DNA of 64,000 nt, taken from contig CAVQBA010000007.1 in assembly GCA_963710605.1 (NCBI GenBank), forward strand, positions 352,001 through 416,000. The letters run 5' to 3'. The notes under the pieces were generated by a model. That model made no database searches. It was not told the origin of the DNA and was given only the letters and a program-made list of their open reading frames with translations. Each line of letters begins with the position of its first letter. Within the stretch, counting starts at the first letter, position 1. Shown here piece by piece: positions 39,659-50,574 of this stretch. The stretch is from an uncultured cyanobacterium. GTDB taxonomy: Bacteria > Cyanobacteriota > Cyanobacteriia > Cyanobacteriales > Cyanobacteriaceae. Position numbers and translations under genes: made by a program.

Positions 39659-41132
39659 ATGCTGTCCTCTAAAAAATACGACTATACTTTATTACTAACT
39701 TCTTTGGGGTTAATTCTAACTAGTTTTTCACCTATACAAGCACAAGAGTTTTTCCATAATAGTCAGCAGCAAGAAAAAGATAGCTATTTTTTAGCTCAAG
39801 ATGATCTTAATATTTACAACACTAATGTTAATCCTTTACTTTTTCCCACCCAAACTGAAGAAGTAGAAATTGAAAATATTCAGGCTATTACATTAGTAGA
39901 AGCGATCGAAATTGCCTTAGAAAATAACGAAGAATTACAAGTAGCACAACTTGAGCTTGATCGCTCCGAGCAAAGTCTCAAACGCCGAATTAGCCACCCA
40001 ATTACCGACAGTTGATGGGCAAGTACAAGTAAACCAAAGAAGTGATGATAGCTTTGCTGGGGTTAATAATGATATTATCAATAGAGATAGAACGGTTTTA
40101 TCAGGACAATTAGAACTTAATTACGAAGTTTATGACGGTGGTAATCGTAATGCAAGGATAGCTAGGGCTCGTCGGCAGATTTTTTCTGATAAATTGGAAG
40201 TAGAGCGTATTGCCGAACAAATTCGTTTTCAAGCTGGTAATGCTTATTACGACTTACAAAATACTGATGCCCAAGTATCGATCGCTCAAGCGGCAATTGA
40301 TGACTTTTCTCAAACACTCAGAGACGCAAGATTACTCGAACAAGCAGGGTTAGGTACTCGTTTTGACGTTTTACAAGCCGAAGTAGATTTAGCCAATGCC
40401 CAGCAAGCTTTAACTGTCGCTATTTCTAATCAACTAAATGCCAGTAGAGCGTTAGCTGAGGTTTTAAATGTTGGTGAAAAAATTGATCTAACCGCCGCCG
40501 ACGAAATAACTGAAAATGGCGTTTGGGATTTTACTTTAGAGCAAAGTATTATTATGGCTTACAAAAATAGAGCTGAATTAGAGCAATTATTAATTCAAAG
40601 AGAAATTAATGCCGAAGATGTAGAAATTGCCTTATCTCAGAATAGACCACAAGTGAGTCTTTTTGCTAACTATAACTTTTCTAATAACCTGACTGATGAT
40701 TTTGACGTTACGGGATACGCAGATGGTTTTAATATTGGTGCTAGATTAAACTGGCGTTTATTTGATGGTGGGCAAGCTAAAGCAAGGGCAGAAGAAGAAA
40801 GAGTTAGTATTAGAATCGATGAAACTAATTTTAGTGATCAAAAAAATCAAATTCGTCTATCAGTAGAAACAGCATTCAATACTCTTAATGCGAACCAAGC
40901 AAATATAGCTACCACCGAACAAGCAGTAACAACCGCCGCTGAGAGTCTTCGTTTAGCAAGATTACGTTTCCAAGCAGGAGTTGGTACGCAAACTGATGTT
41001 ATTAATTCTCAAAGAAGTTTGACTGAAGCTCGTGGTAATTTTTTACAGGCCATTATTGGTTATAACCAGTCTTTGAATGAATTAAGACGGGCGGTGAGTA
41101 ATTTACCTGATAACAGATTATTTGATTTTTGA
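39659..41132 (+). CDS. tolC: TolC family outer membrane efflux protein, split by a +1 frameshift near 39980
   Basis: Signal peptide and ITL.EAIE.AL.NN..L in the first frame; AGLGTRFDVL.A and RLRFQAGVGTQTDVI in the second. Confidence 0.88.
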
Positions 41133-41270
41133 TGACAATATTAGTCTTCACGCAAAAATAAATTTATGAGGATAATTTACCTTGTAAAAAACATTTCTTA
41201 AACTAACAAATTACGCTTATTAAAATGAACTGTTTTTTCTTGTGTCAAGTTTAATTTATTTAACGATACT

Positions 41271-41301
41271 TGTTAGCCTTGAATTTAAATTCAAGGTGGG
41301 T
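41271..41301. repeat. Dispersed palindromic element, copy 2
   Basis: Matches 5108-5138 with one mismatch. Confidence 0.75.
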
Positions 41302-41514
41302 ATAATACTCAAACTTTTGCGATAAATATTAATGTCGCTGTCTAAATTGAAATAACTACAGGTATAGGTGATAGTAAAAATAATCTTCTTATAAGGAGCG
41401 ACTGAAGGATAAAACCCAACAACATCAACTAGGTTTTGAACAGATTTATGAATTGATAGCGATCTCAGTTACAATTAAAAGTTATAAGAATATACAAAAA
41501 AATTGTTATCTGTA

Positions 41515-42921
41515 ATGTTATTAACAGACAAAACGACAGCGGAAAAATTTATCGCCGCATCCGAATCTTCCTCTTCACCCAACCAAAGATTATTACCCCT
41601 TAGTGCGAAAGTCAATCAGCAAAACAATCTAGAAATAGGTGGTTGTGATGTCACTAAACTAGTTGAGCAATTTGGTTCGTCACTTTATATCGTTGATGAA
41701 AAAACCCTTCGTGCTTGTGCTAGTCAGTATCGTACTGCATTTGAAGAACATTACGCAGGCGAATCTCAAGTAATCTATGCTTCTAAAGCATGGAGTTGTA
41801 TGGCGATCGTCTCTATTTTAGCTACAGAAGGTATCGGTTTTGATGTTGTCTCTGGTGGTGAACTTTATACTACCTTACAAGCTCTTGAAAACAGCGGTAT
41901 TTCTACTGCTGAAATTGAAGGTAAAATTTATTTACACGGTAACAACAAATCGATCGAAGAATTAGAATTAGCGATCGATAACGATTGTAAAATTATCGTT
42001 GATAACCAATTTGAATTAGAAAACCTAGCTAGAATTACTAGTGAGAAAAATAAATCAGTTCAGGTTTTAATTCGTCTTACCCCCGGCATCGAATGTCATA
42101 CCCACGAATATATCCGTACAGGAAGTGTTGACAGTAAATTTGGTTTTAACCTGCACGAATTAGAATCAGTATTTAACTTCATTAAAGAACAAAAATTGAT
42201 TGAGTGCATTGGTTTACACGCTCATATTGGCTCACAAATCTTTGAACTTGAACCTCACCACGATTTAGCCGGAGTATTAGCTGATTGGTTTAAAAAAGCT
42301 CTTGATTTTGGCTTACCTGTCACCGAATTAAATGTTGGTGGTGGTTTAGGAATACGTTATATTGAATCTGATGATCCTCCAAGTATCACTCAATGGGTAA
42401 AAACAGTCTGTTCAGCAGTAACTAAAGCCTGCGAATCAAAAGGTTTAGCATTACCTAAATTAATATCCGAACCCGGTCGATCGATGGTAGCAACTAGTTG
42501 TGTTACCGCTTATACTGTCGGTGGACGTAAAGTAATTCCTGATGTAAGAACTTATGTTTCTGTTGATGGCGGAATGTCTGATAATCCTCGCCCAATTACT
42601 TATCAATCTCTTTACCAAGTTATTGTCGCTAACAAAATGACAGCCGAATTTACCGAAACTGTGACGATTGCTGGAAAACATTGTGAATCAGGAGATATTT
42701 TAGTCAAAAACGTAGATTTACCTCAAACTGAGGCAGGAGATATTTTAGTGATTTCAGCCACTGGTGCTTACAACTATAGTATGGCTTCTAATTATAATCG
42801 AATTGCTAGACCTGCGGCGGTATTAGTTAATGATGGAGATGCTAGTTTAATTATTCGTCGAGAAACATATCAAGACTTGATTAGACAAGATTTGTTGCCT
42901 AGTCGTTTAACCGAATCGTAA
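41515..42921 (+). CDS. lysA: Diaminopimelate decarboxylase
   Basis: YASKA (PLP Lys), DVVSGGEL, SKFG, HAHIGSQI, EPGRS, HCESGD, GAY.YSM.SNYN. Confidence 0.95.
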   Translation: MLLTDKTTAEKFIAASESSSSPNQRLLPLSAKVNQQNNLEIGGCDVTKLVEQFGSSLYIVDEKTLRACASQYRTAFEEHYAGESQVIYASKAWSCMAIVSILATEGIGFDVVSGGELYTTLQALENSGISTAEIEGKIYLHGNNKSIEELELAIDNDCKIIVDNQFELENLARITSEKNKSVQVLIRLTPGIECHTHEYIRTGSVDSKFGFNLHELESVFNFIKEQKLIECIGLHAHIGSQIFELEPHHDLAGVLADWFKKALDFGLPVTELNVGGGLGIRYIESDDPPSITQWVKTVCSAVTKACESKGLALPKLISEPGRSMVATSCVTAYTVGGRKVIPDVRTYVSVDGGMSDNPRPITYQSLYQVIVANKMTAEFTETVTIAGKHCESGDILVKNVDLPQTEAGDILVISATGAYNYSMASNYNRIARPAAVLVNDGDASLIIRRETYQDLIRQDLLPSRLTES

Positions 42922-43166
42922 TTAATTTAATCTCAATTTAATCTCATCAAAAGTACAAATATACTAAAGTTACTCTTAGTTATTTGAGACTAATTATTCC
43001 TGAAAAAATAGACATTTAAGCCTCTTTACTTTCATCAAAAAGTGTCAGTAAGGAGGTAGTTATTTTATACTAGTAAGAAATGATAAAATATCTGACAATA
43101 AATAGATTTAATTGTTGATTGTCAATTATAAATTTATCGATTGATTTTATTGAGTTGTTTGAGCAA

Positions 43167-44927
43167 ATGAAAGATAAATCTGATTACCGCAAAATAGGCT
43201 TAGTTGGTGAAGGACAGTTCGGTAAAGTTTATAATGCTATTCATCGTTATACAGGAGAATTAGTTGCACTTAAACAATTAAATCCGCAAAATATCTCCAC
43301 TAAAAAATTTCTTAATGAAATACATATTTTACTCACTTTACAACATCCTAATATTGTCCAGTATTATGGTATTGAACATGAAGAAGACAAAAGATATTTA
43401 GTCACTGAATATTGTGAAGGTGGTACATTAAGAGACTTATTAAATAGCGATCGTATTTTGAGTATCGAGTATAAACTAAAAATAATACTAGATATTTTAG
43501 ATGGTTTAAATTATATCCATAGCGAAAATATTATTCATCGAGACTTAAAACCCGAAAATATATTACTCTGCGTCAATACACAAGGATGGGTTGCCAAAAT
43601 ATCTGATTTTGGGGTTGCCAAAATAAAAGCAAAATCAACCAATTTAGACTCTAATACAATAGGCGATACTGGCTCACCTGCTTACATGGCACCAGAGCAA
43701 TTTTACGGTAAATATTCTCCTTCTTCAGATATTTATTCGATGGGTATCATTTTATTTGAATTACTATTTAACCGTCGCCCTTTTTTAGGTAGCCCGATGG
43801 ATATAATGACTGGGCATTTAAACCAAACTCCTCATATCCGTGACAGTTTACTCCCTAGTTTAAAAGATATTTTAGTTAAAACTTTAGCTAAGTTACCAAG
43901 TAATCGTTTTCGTACCGCCGAATATATGAGAAGAGAAATTTTGCGGGCTACTTTAAGTTTACCGAATATTCGTAATTCTTTTTACGTTCAAATACCCGAT
44001 AAATTCATAAATTACGATTTACTTAGTAGTGAAATAATTGATAACGAAATTTGCTTTTTAGCTGTTAATAACTATTGTCTTTATCAGGCGAGTAAAAATA
44101 ATTTGACTGTTGATTTATATTATTTTGAACCTAAAACACAACAATACAAATTTAATCAAGAAGGGATTTATGGTTTTGCCCGTCAAATTATTGAACTACA
44201 ATTAATTGAGTTTGGTTGTCTTTTCATTACTCGTAGTTTGGCTGAAAAAAATAGTTATGCCATTTCTTCTTTTCAAGATGAATTAAATCATTTGATAGAG
44301 TGGAAAACAAATTATTTAACCTATGGTTGTAGTTATAATTTAACTTGGTTAGCTATCAACAAAATAGTTATTTACGATGATAGTTTTCAATTAATTAATC
44401 TAGCTGATTCTAGTTTAATCAATACTCCGATTATTAACTTTATTCCCAAACAAATACTATGTTTAAATTCTAATCAAGGTGTAGCTATTTACACACAAAA
44501 AGATTTTAATCCTCAACATACTTATTTTCGGTTTTTTAATTCTCAAGGTGATTGGGATGATAGTTATATTATTCCTTTAAAAGTTAGTAAAGTTATTCAT
44601 CATCCTTTATTTCTTTATACTTTTTTAACTAGAGAAAAACAAACTAATAATCTTTTATTAATTAAGTTTTATCCGTACTCAATTTTACGTATTCCTTTAC
44701 ATTTTCGAGCTGATTTTTATGTTGTGACTCAAACAGGTTTTATTTGTGCGAGTGAAGATGGTGAAATTGCTTTTATCGATAATTTGGGTAATTATTTAGG
44801 ACAATTTAATCTTCAAGCTGATCTAATTGCGATCGCTTCTATAAATGCCGATGTATTTGTCGTCATTATTAATCGAAACGGTCAAAAAATACGTCAATTT
44901 TATCGTCAAAAACAGTATCTAGAGTGA
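43167..44927 (+). CDS. Hanks-type Ser/Thr protein kinase with divergent C-terminal region
   Basis: GEGQFGKV, VALK, HRDLKPEN, DFG, GSPAYMAPE; likely ATG at 43167. Confidence 0.92.
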   Translation: MKDKSDYRKIGLVGEGQFGKVYNAIHRYTGELVALKQLNPQNISTKKFLNEIHILLTLQHPNIVQYYGIEHEEDKRYLVTEYCEGGTLRDLLNSDRILSIEYKLKIILDILDGLNYIHSENIIHRDLKPENILLCVNTQGWVAKISDFGVAKIKAKSTNLDSNTIGDTGSPAYMAPEQFYGKYSPSSDIYSMGIILFELLFNRRPFLGSPMDIMTGHLNQTPHIRDSLLPSLKDILVKTLAKLPSNRFRTAEYMRREILRATLSLPNIRNSFYVQIPDKFINYDLLSSEIIDNEICFLAVNNYCLYQASKNNLTVDLYYFEPKTQQYKFNQEGIYGFARQIIELQLIEFGCLFITRSLAEKNSYAISSFQDELNHLIEWKTNYLTYGCSYNLTWLAINKIVIYDDSFQLINLADSSLINTPIINFIPKQILCLNSNQGVAIYTQKDFNPQHTYFRFFNSQGDWDDSYIIPLKVSKVIHHPLFLYTFLTREKQTNNLLLIKFYPYSILRIPLHFRADFYVVTQTGFICASEDGEIAFIDNLGNYLGQFNLQADLIAIASINADVFVVIINRNGQKIRQFYRQKQYLE

Positions 44928-44970
44928 ACAGATAACAGATGAATAATTATTAACTGTTAATTGTTGGTTG

Positions 44971-45099
44971 TTAATTTAACTCTCCATTCTTCCCCGTACC
45001 TTCACAAAAAACACAGGTTTCTTCTCGTTGTATTTCTCCTGTACAATCTCTAATTTCGACGTATCCTTTTCCTTCACAATGTCGGCAATTTTTATCCAT
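44971..45099 (-). CDS. 42-aa DnaJ-type zinc-finger microprotein (not in ORF track)
   Basis: MDKNCRHCEGKGYVEIRDCTGEIQREETCVFCEGTGKNGELN: two CxxCxGxG motifs; co-oriented downstream of mutM. Confidence 0.8.
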   Translation of the reverse strand: MDKNCRHCEGKGYVEIRDCTGEIQREETCVFCEGTGKNGELN

Positions 45100-45152
45100 T
45101 TTTTTAATGATTATAAATTAAGAAAGACTAAAGTCGGTGACTACAATACTTT

Positions 45153-45989
45153 TTACTTGACTGTTTGGCATTGAGGACAAAAATGACTTGAGCGTCCACC
45201 TATTTTGATTTTAGCGATCGCTTCGGAGCAAGTATAACAAGGCTCTCCTTTACGTCCATAAACTAACGCCATACCGCCATAATTACCGTTGACACCAGTT
45301 ATTTGTAAAAAATCACTAAAACTAGTACCACCTGCATCGATTGACTTTTGTAGCACTTGAATAATCGCTATACGTAACCTTTGAATTTCACTTAGATTGA
45401 GATTACAAGCGATCGTAGTTGGATGAATTTGACTAACAAATAAAGATTCATCGGCATAAATATTACCAACACCAGCAACCAAACTTTGATCTAATAAAAT
45501 ACTTTTAATCTGACGGCGACTTTTACTTAATTTTGTTTGTAAATAATCTACTGAAAAATTAGCGGAGAAAGGCTCAGGACCTAATTTTTGTAATCCTGTA
45601 ATAATATTTTCCGGCGGTAAAGATTGATCAATTAACCAACATTTGCCAAAAGTACGAGTATCAACAAACCGTAATTCTTGATCATCATCAAAAAATAAAC
45701 GAAAACGAGTATGTTTATGTAAAGGTACATCTGGCTTTAACCATAACAATTGCCCTGTCATCCTTAGATGAACACCAAACCAACCTTGAGACAATTGTGC
45801 TAAGAGATACTTACCTCGACGTTGCCAATTGATAATTCTTTTTCCTTGAATACGATCGACAAAATCAGCATCATTATCAGGATAAGCGATCGTTTTTGAT
45901 AATAATACATCACTGTGATTAATAACAAGTCCCGAGGTCACTTTGTTGAGACCCCGACACACTGTTTCTACTTCTGGTAATTCAGGCAC
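45153..45989 (-). CDS. mutM: Formamidopyrimidine-DNA glycosylase
   Basis: MPELPEVE, RRGKYL, HLRMTG, GVGNIYADE, C-terminal zinc finger. Confidence 0.96.
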   Translation of the reverse strand: MPELPEVETVCRGLNKVTSGLVINHSDVLLSKTIAYPDNDADFVDRIQGKRIINWQRRGKYLLAQLSQGWFGVHLRMTGQLLWLKPDVPLHKHTRFRLFFDDDQELRFVDTRTFGKCWLIDQSLPPENIITGLQKLGPEPFSANFSVDYLQTKLSKSRRQIKSILLDQSLVAGVGNIYADESLFVSQIHPTTIACNLNLSEIQRLRIAIIQVLQKSIDAGGTSFSDFLQITGVNGNYGGMALVYGRKGEPCYTCSEAIAKIKIGGRSSHFCPQCQTVK

Positions 45990-45998
45990 TATTTCTTC

Positions 45999-46370
45999 CT
46001 AACGAGGTTCTGTACCTTGATTAGGTGTACCTGGTTTACTGTCGTTTCTTCCTGCGGCTTCCGCATCAGCTTTGCCTCTACCATCGGCTCCCTCTTGAGC
46101 ACCGGTGGTACGAGTAGCGGGTGCAGTTCTTTTCTGTTTACCGCCTGGTACGCTACCAGAACCAATTACTTCAAGTTCGTTTTCAGCAAAATTATTGGTA
46201 TTAATACCACTTGCCGCTCCACTTATACCTGAGTAATTAACTTTTTCAAAACGGACAATTACAGGGTAAATAATACCGCTTTTGTCCACACTTGCGACTG
46301 TTCCTATATCTTTGTACCAATAGGACTCTTCACGCAAAATTCTAACTTTTGAACCACGTTGGATTGCCAT
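45999..46370 (-). CDS. psaE: Photosystem I subunit IV (PsaE) with C-terminal extension
   Basis: [21 protein letters not shown]...YPVIVRF.KVNY...TNNFA. Confidence 0.92.
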   Translation of the reverse strand: MAIQRGSKVRILREESYWYKDIGTVASVDKSGIIYPVIVRFEKVNYSGISGAASGINTNNFAENELEVIGSGSVPGGKQKRTAPATRTTGAQEGADGRGKADAEAAGRNDSKPGTPNQGTEPR

Positions 46371-46582
46371 AAGTTATCTTTTTTTTCCAAAATGACTATT
46401 ACATAAAAGATTACTACTTGTTTGTCGCTATCGCACTACTTTTTACTTTAAGATTTATTACAATTACTTTTTCAGCTCATATTTATTCTGTTTTACAAAT
46501 ACGATCGAAAATGCTTATTCTTCTTTAAAACAAAGATTTAGATAAATTAAATTATCGCAGTATCGCAGTATCGCAGTATCAA

Positions 46583-47395
46583 TTAACTCGGTATTTTGGC
46601 AAGTAAAGCCATCACTTGATTGCGGGTAAGTTTTGGTTTCCCTAAAACCATCACCTCTAAAGTAGCATGAGCCAGAGTTAAAGGTATTTGACAAAAATTT
46701 AAGGCAGGACCTTTAGGTAATGATTTAGTATAAGAATCAGCTAGACTTAGATTATAACGAGCATAATCAAACATATCTTCTAACTGCCAATGCTCAGGCA
46801 AGAAACTTACCCCCCGTAGTTTATCTTCTTTGTGATTACGTAAAATATTAACAGCTTGTAAACCTCTACCAAAACCGATCGCTTCTGCTCGACTTGTTTG
46901 TGTATTGTCGTACCAACCCCACAAATCTGAAAGAAGTAACCCGACTGCACCAGCTACACTAAATGTATATTGATTAAGTTCTGCTGTGGTCTCAATTTGC
47001 CAATTCTTTCTTGCCCAGTATGCCATTCTATCTGCCATTGAAGCTGTCGCATCCCAAACTCTTCCGGCGATGCTAGGAGGTGCAAGTAATGCCCAATCTG
47101 CTAGATGATAGCTAACCAATGGTAGTAAGTCTTTATATTCTTCTAAACTAGAGGTTAATTCTTCTTTAGTGGTTTTATTATCTATAGCTTGTAAAGATGA
47201 ACTCATTTTAGTAAGTATTTCGGTTTTGAGTCGATTATCAATGTTAGGATGATCTTCTACTTCATCGATCGCTCTCATACACAAATAAGCAGAGGTTACG
47301 GCTTCTTGTAATCCTTCGGGTAAGCCATTTATCGGGATGAAAAAAGTCCGACTAGTTTCTTTAAGTGTTTTTAAAGCAAATTTTTTTGCATTCAT
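46583..47395 (-). CDS. Squalene/phytoene synthase family protein
   Basis: SRTF.IPI, YLCMRAIDEVED, Y..SVAGAVG, FGRGLQAVNILRN. Confidence 0.88.
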   Translation of the reverse strand: MNAKKFALKTLKETSRTFFIPINGLPEGLQEAVTSAYLCMRAIDEVEDHPNIDNRLKTEILTKMSSSLQAIDNKTTKEELTSSLEEYKDLLPLVSYHLADWALLAPPSIAGRVWDATASMADRMAYWARKNWQIETTAELNQYTFSVAGAVGLLLSDLWGWYDNTQTSRAEAIGFGRGLQAVNILRNHKEDKLRGVSFLPEHWQLEDMFDYARYNLSLADSYTKSLPKGPALNFCQIPLTLAHATLEVMVLGKPKLTRNQVMALLAKIPS

Positions 47396-47836
47396 TAATT
47401 TTGAATCCTCACACCAGCAAAATTTTGACGATAGTTAATAATGTTTAGGTAAATATTAACTGAATCTTTGACTGATAAAAATTTTTTTTATCTTTTTGTT
47501 TTGAAGACATAACTCGATCGTTGTTAATTAATTTTGAATATAGTTTAATTATCTTACTTCTAATTTATTGATTTTATCCTCGCCTTAAATCTTCTTATTT
47601 CTCTTTGTTTTTTATCCTGATAACTATTAATTGATTTTTTATCCTTATAGCTATTTTTAATAATAGTTAAATACGACTAAAAATTATTTAAATTTAAACT
47701 AATTCTCTTCGGTTTATGTAATTTTTATTTAGTTTATCAAAAGATATTTAAAGTACTTTATAATTGAACACGATCGTTATCTATACAACAATAATAATTA
47801 ATTATTAAATAATTTCCTTTGCCAATATTTTGAAAT

Positions 47837-49357
47837 TTATTCGCTGGTTTGTAAACCAAAACATAAACGACCGATTACAGTTTCCTGATTATCATTTTGT
47901 AAAGTTTGTAATTTAAGACTTTTGAGTTTATTCATAAAAAGAGATAAATTTTGAGTTTTTGCACCATCTAAACTTCCAGAGCGGTTATCAAAACTCCAAT
48001 CACTCCACCAATCTAAACTGGTAATGTCGTTTAATAATAAATCAATTTCAAATAAATAAATTTGTGAGTTAGATAAACTATTTAAATCGATCGTGGTAGT
48101 AAAATCTAAAGTTTGAGCTTGATTGTTTATTTGTAAATCTTCAATAACTAAACCCCGTTGTAAACTATTACTAGAATTTACTTGAAAGTAAGTTTTTTCT
48201 TGAGGTATCTTAGGCATAGTTTGATTATTTTCCGCTTCTGATTGAGATTGAGATTGCTGTGGTGTTTGATTATTTTCTTGAAAGGTAAATAGTTTTTTTT
48301 GAGTTGTTAAATTACCATCATTAATTAATAAAGAATATTCTTCTAAATCTTTTTTAGGTAAAAAAGAAACGCTATAATCTATCTGCGGTTGTGGTTCATT
48401 TTCATCGACTATTTCTAATAATTCATAAGGCTCACTTTTATCATTAACTCTAGTTACCACCACTTGATTATCTTCTAAAGCAGAAAATCTTTGTAATTGA
48501 TTATTTTCAGGTAAAGTGGCGTTATTTTTACGCTCAGTGAGAGTACCAAGAGTAATCGGATTAATTAAACTATTACGGGTAGGTAAAATGAACATTTTGT
48601 CATTTCCCTGAATTTGATTATCTAACTTCTTAAACTCATCAAAATAGTTAGCTATATCTTGGTATTTACCAATAAACAAAACATAAAAAGGACGATAACT
48701 ATCTACTTGTTTGCCATCGGTATTATAAGTAAATTTGACTTTACCAGTATTAGGATTATAAATATTACCTTGAAACTCACTTTTCACAGCCCAAATACCA
48801 ACAGTGTAATCATTATTTTCAGGTCGTTTATTCAGGTAATGTTGAGCTAAAACTTCTGATACTTTCCCGCCGTCGTCTCCTTCTAAATCAGTCACAATCA
48901 CCGTTATTTTGTTTTTACCATTACTAGGCGGTGTGATTGCTGATTGAATCGGACTAGATACAGATTTGTAGCTATCATCATTACTATCATAAAAAGCACG
49001 GCTTGTAGCGTCACGACGAAATTGATTACGAGTAAGGGGTTGCTCGTCTCCTATTCTTTGATATGTAACATTAACTTGATTAGTTTTAATAAATCCATTA
49101 GCAATTAGTTCTAATGTTCTCATGTAATTATTATTAGGTACGGTGACATAACCTAACATTGAATCACTGCCATCTACATTAATCGAGACATCCAGATTAG
49201 AGTTATTGTTATTGGTGATAGTTGTATTTTGTAATGATGGTAAATCACATGATAAAACTTCTTCTGGTTTTCTTGATTGGCAACTTGCAAGTAAAGACGA
49301 AGATAAAACAATCGAAGCTAGGAGATAATTTAACTTTTTATTGTCGATATAACCCAT
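47837..49357 (-). CDS. Hypothetical lipoprotein with vWA-like DxSxS motif
   Basis: Lipobox LASC; INVDGSDSM and VIVTDLE segments. Confidence 0.7.
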   Translation of the reverse strand: MGYIDNKKLNYLLASIVLSSSLLASCQSRKPEEVLSCDLPSLQNTTITNNNNSNLDVSINVDGSDSMLGYVTVPNNNYMRTLELIANGFIKTNQVNVTYQRIGDEQPLTRNQFRRDATSRAFYDSNDDSYKSVSSPIQSAITPPSNGKNKITVIVTDLEGDDGGKVSEVLAQHYLNKRPENNDYTVGIWAVKSEFQGNIYNPNTGKVKFTYNTDGKQVDSYRPFYVLFIGKYQDIANYFDEFKKLDNQIQGNDKMFILPTRNSLINPITLGTLTERKNNATLPENNQLQRFSALEDNQVVVTRVNDKSEPYELLEIVDENEPQPQIDYSVSFLPKKDLEEYSLLINDGNLTTQKKLFTFQENNQTPQQSQSQSEAENNQTMPKIPQEKTYFQVNSSNSLQRGLVIEDLQINNQAQTLDFTTTIDLNSLSNSQIYLFEIDLLLNDITSLDWWSDWSFDNRSGSLDGAKTQNLSLFMNKLKSLKLQTLQNDNQETVIGRLCFGLQTSE

Positions 49358-49451
49358 GAGTTAACTACAATTGTTTTAATTTTTGCGAATCTTTCCAAAT
49401 ATTGTAATTCATTCTGCTCTTGTGTGATGGAATTGATTAATTAGTCAATAA

Positions 49452-49682
49452 AGGGCAAAGGGCACTCGTGCAAAGACGGGGCTTACAAGGTGCGGAAATT
49501 TAATGGAGCACACAGCCCACAGGCTTTGGTAATTTTAGAAGTAGAGTGCCATCACTACCACCAAAATTAATAACGCCAATCAATGGAGTATCCCCCCATC
49601 CCACGGGACGTTGACAAGCATCTAAAATAAATTCAGATGACTGCCTCTTTCCAAGAGCGAAGGCAGGGCTGTTTCATTCAAA
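49452..49682. mobile_element. GC-richer composite repeat or non-autonomous element remnant
   Basis: No long ORF; hairpins; GACGGGGCTT motif; degenerate mini-element copy at 49614-49645. Confidence 0.35.
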
Positions 49683-49837
49683 GGAAGAAGAAAATAGCTA
49701 TCTGCTCAAAATAAATAGCTATCTGCTATTACTACAATACGATCGATCGAGAGTGGTTATCTTGTCTTTTTACTCCTTACTCCTTACTCATTACTTAAGC
49801 CTTTCTGGGCTTTGGTAAATAAACTGATTGTGAGTTA

Positions 49838-50473
49838 CTATTTAACCGTGGCAATTAGTTTCTTCGCCCATTGATTAAGCTGATAACTATTCAGACGATA
49901 AGCTAAAGGATTAGCTACTAAATAGGCACTACTTTCAAATAAAACATCGATTTCGATTAAGCCATTTTCTCTGAGTGTTTTGCCTGTAGAAACCAAATCA
50001 ACAATCGCTTCAGACATCCCTGTAATTGGTCCTAATTCTACCGAACCAGATAGCTTGACTATCTCCACAGGTAAATCCAGAGAGCGAAAATGCTCTTTAG
50101 CACAATTAACGAATTTGGAGGCAACTATACCATGGGCGGGTAACTCAACTGAATTACGATAAGGGCTAACTTCGGGTACGGCTACAGATAAACGACAATA
50201 ACCAAAACCGAGATTAGCAATTTGAGCAACATCAGCTTTTTTTTCTCGTAGTACATCATAACCGACAATTCCTAAATGTGCTTGACCGTATTCGACATAT
50301 ACAGGTACATCTTGAGCCCTTACGAGTAAAGCTTTCGCCTGTTTTGTGGGATCTTCTATTTGCAGTTGACGGTTACTATCACTGAGAAATAAACTAAAAT
50401 CAAGTCCTATTTCTTGGCATAATGCGATACTTTGTTTTAATAATGCCCCTTTAGGTAATGCGATCGTTAACAT
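49838..50473 (-). CDS. hisG: ATP phosphoribosyltransferase, short form
   Basis: [40 protein letters not shown]; 211 aa. Confidence 0.95.
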   Translation of the reverse strand: MLTIALPKGALLKQSIALCQEIGLDFSLFLSDSNRQLQIEDPTKQAKALLVRAQDVPVYVEYGQAHLGIVGYDVLREKKADVAQIANLGFGYCRLSVAVPEVSPYRNSVELPAHGIVASKFVNCAKEHFRSLDLPVEIVKLSGSVELGPITGMSEAIVDLVSTGKTLRENGLIEIDVLFESSAYLVANPLAYRLNSYQLNQWAKKLIATVK

Positions 50474-50574
50474 AAAAATTTATTTTAAATCTAAAAAATA
50501 GTATTGATTAATTAATTCAAAAAGAGATCATCCTCTAGTTGCTAAAATAAAAGTATCTCCTATTTATGTTATAA

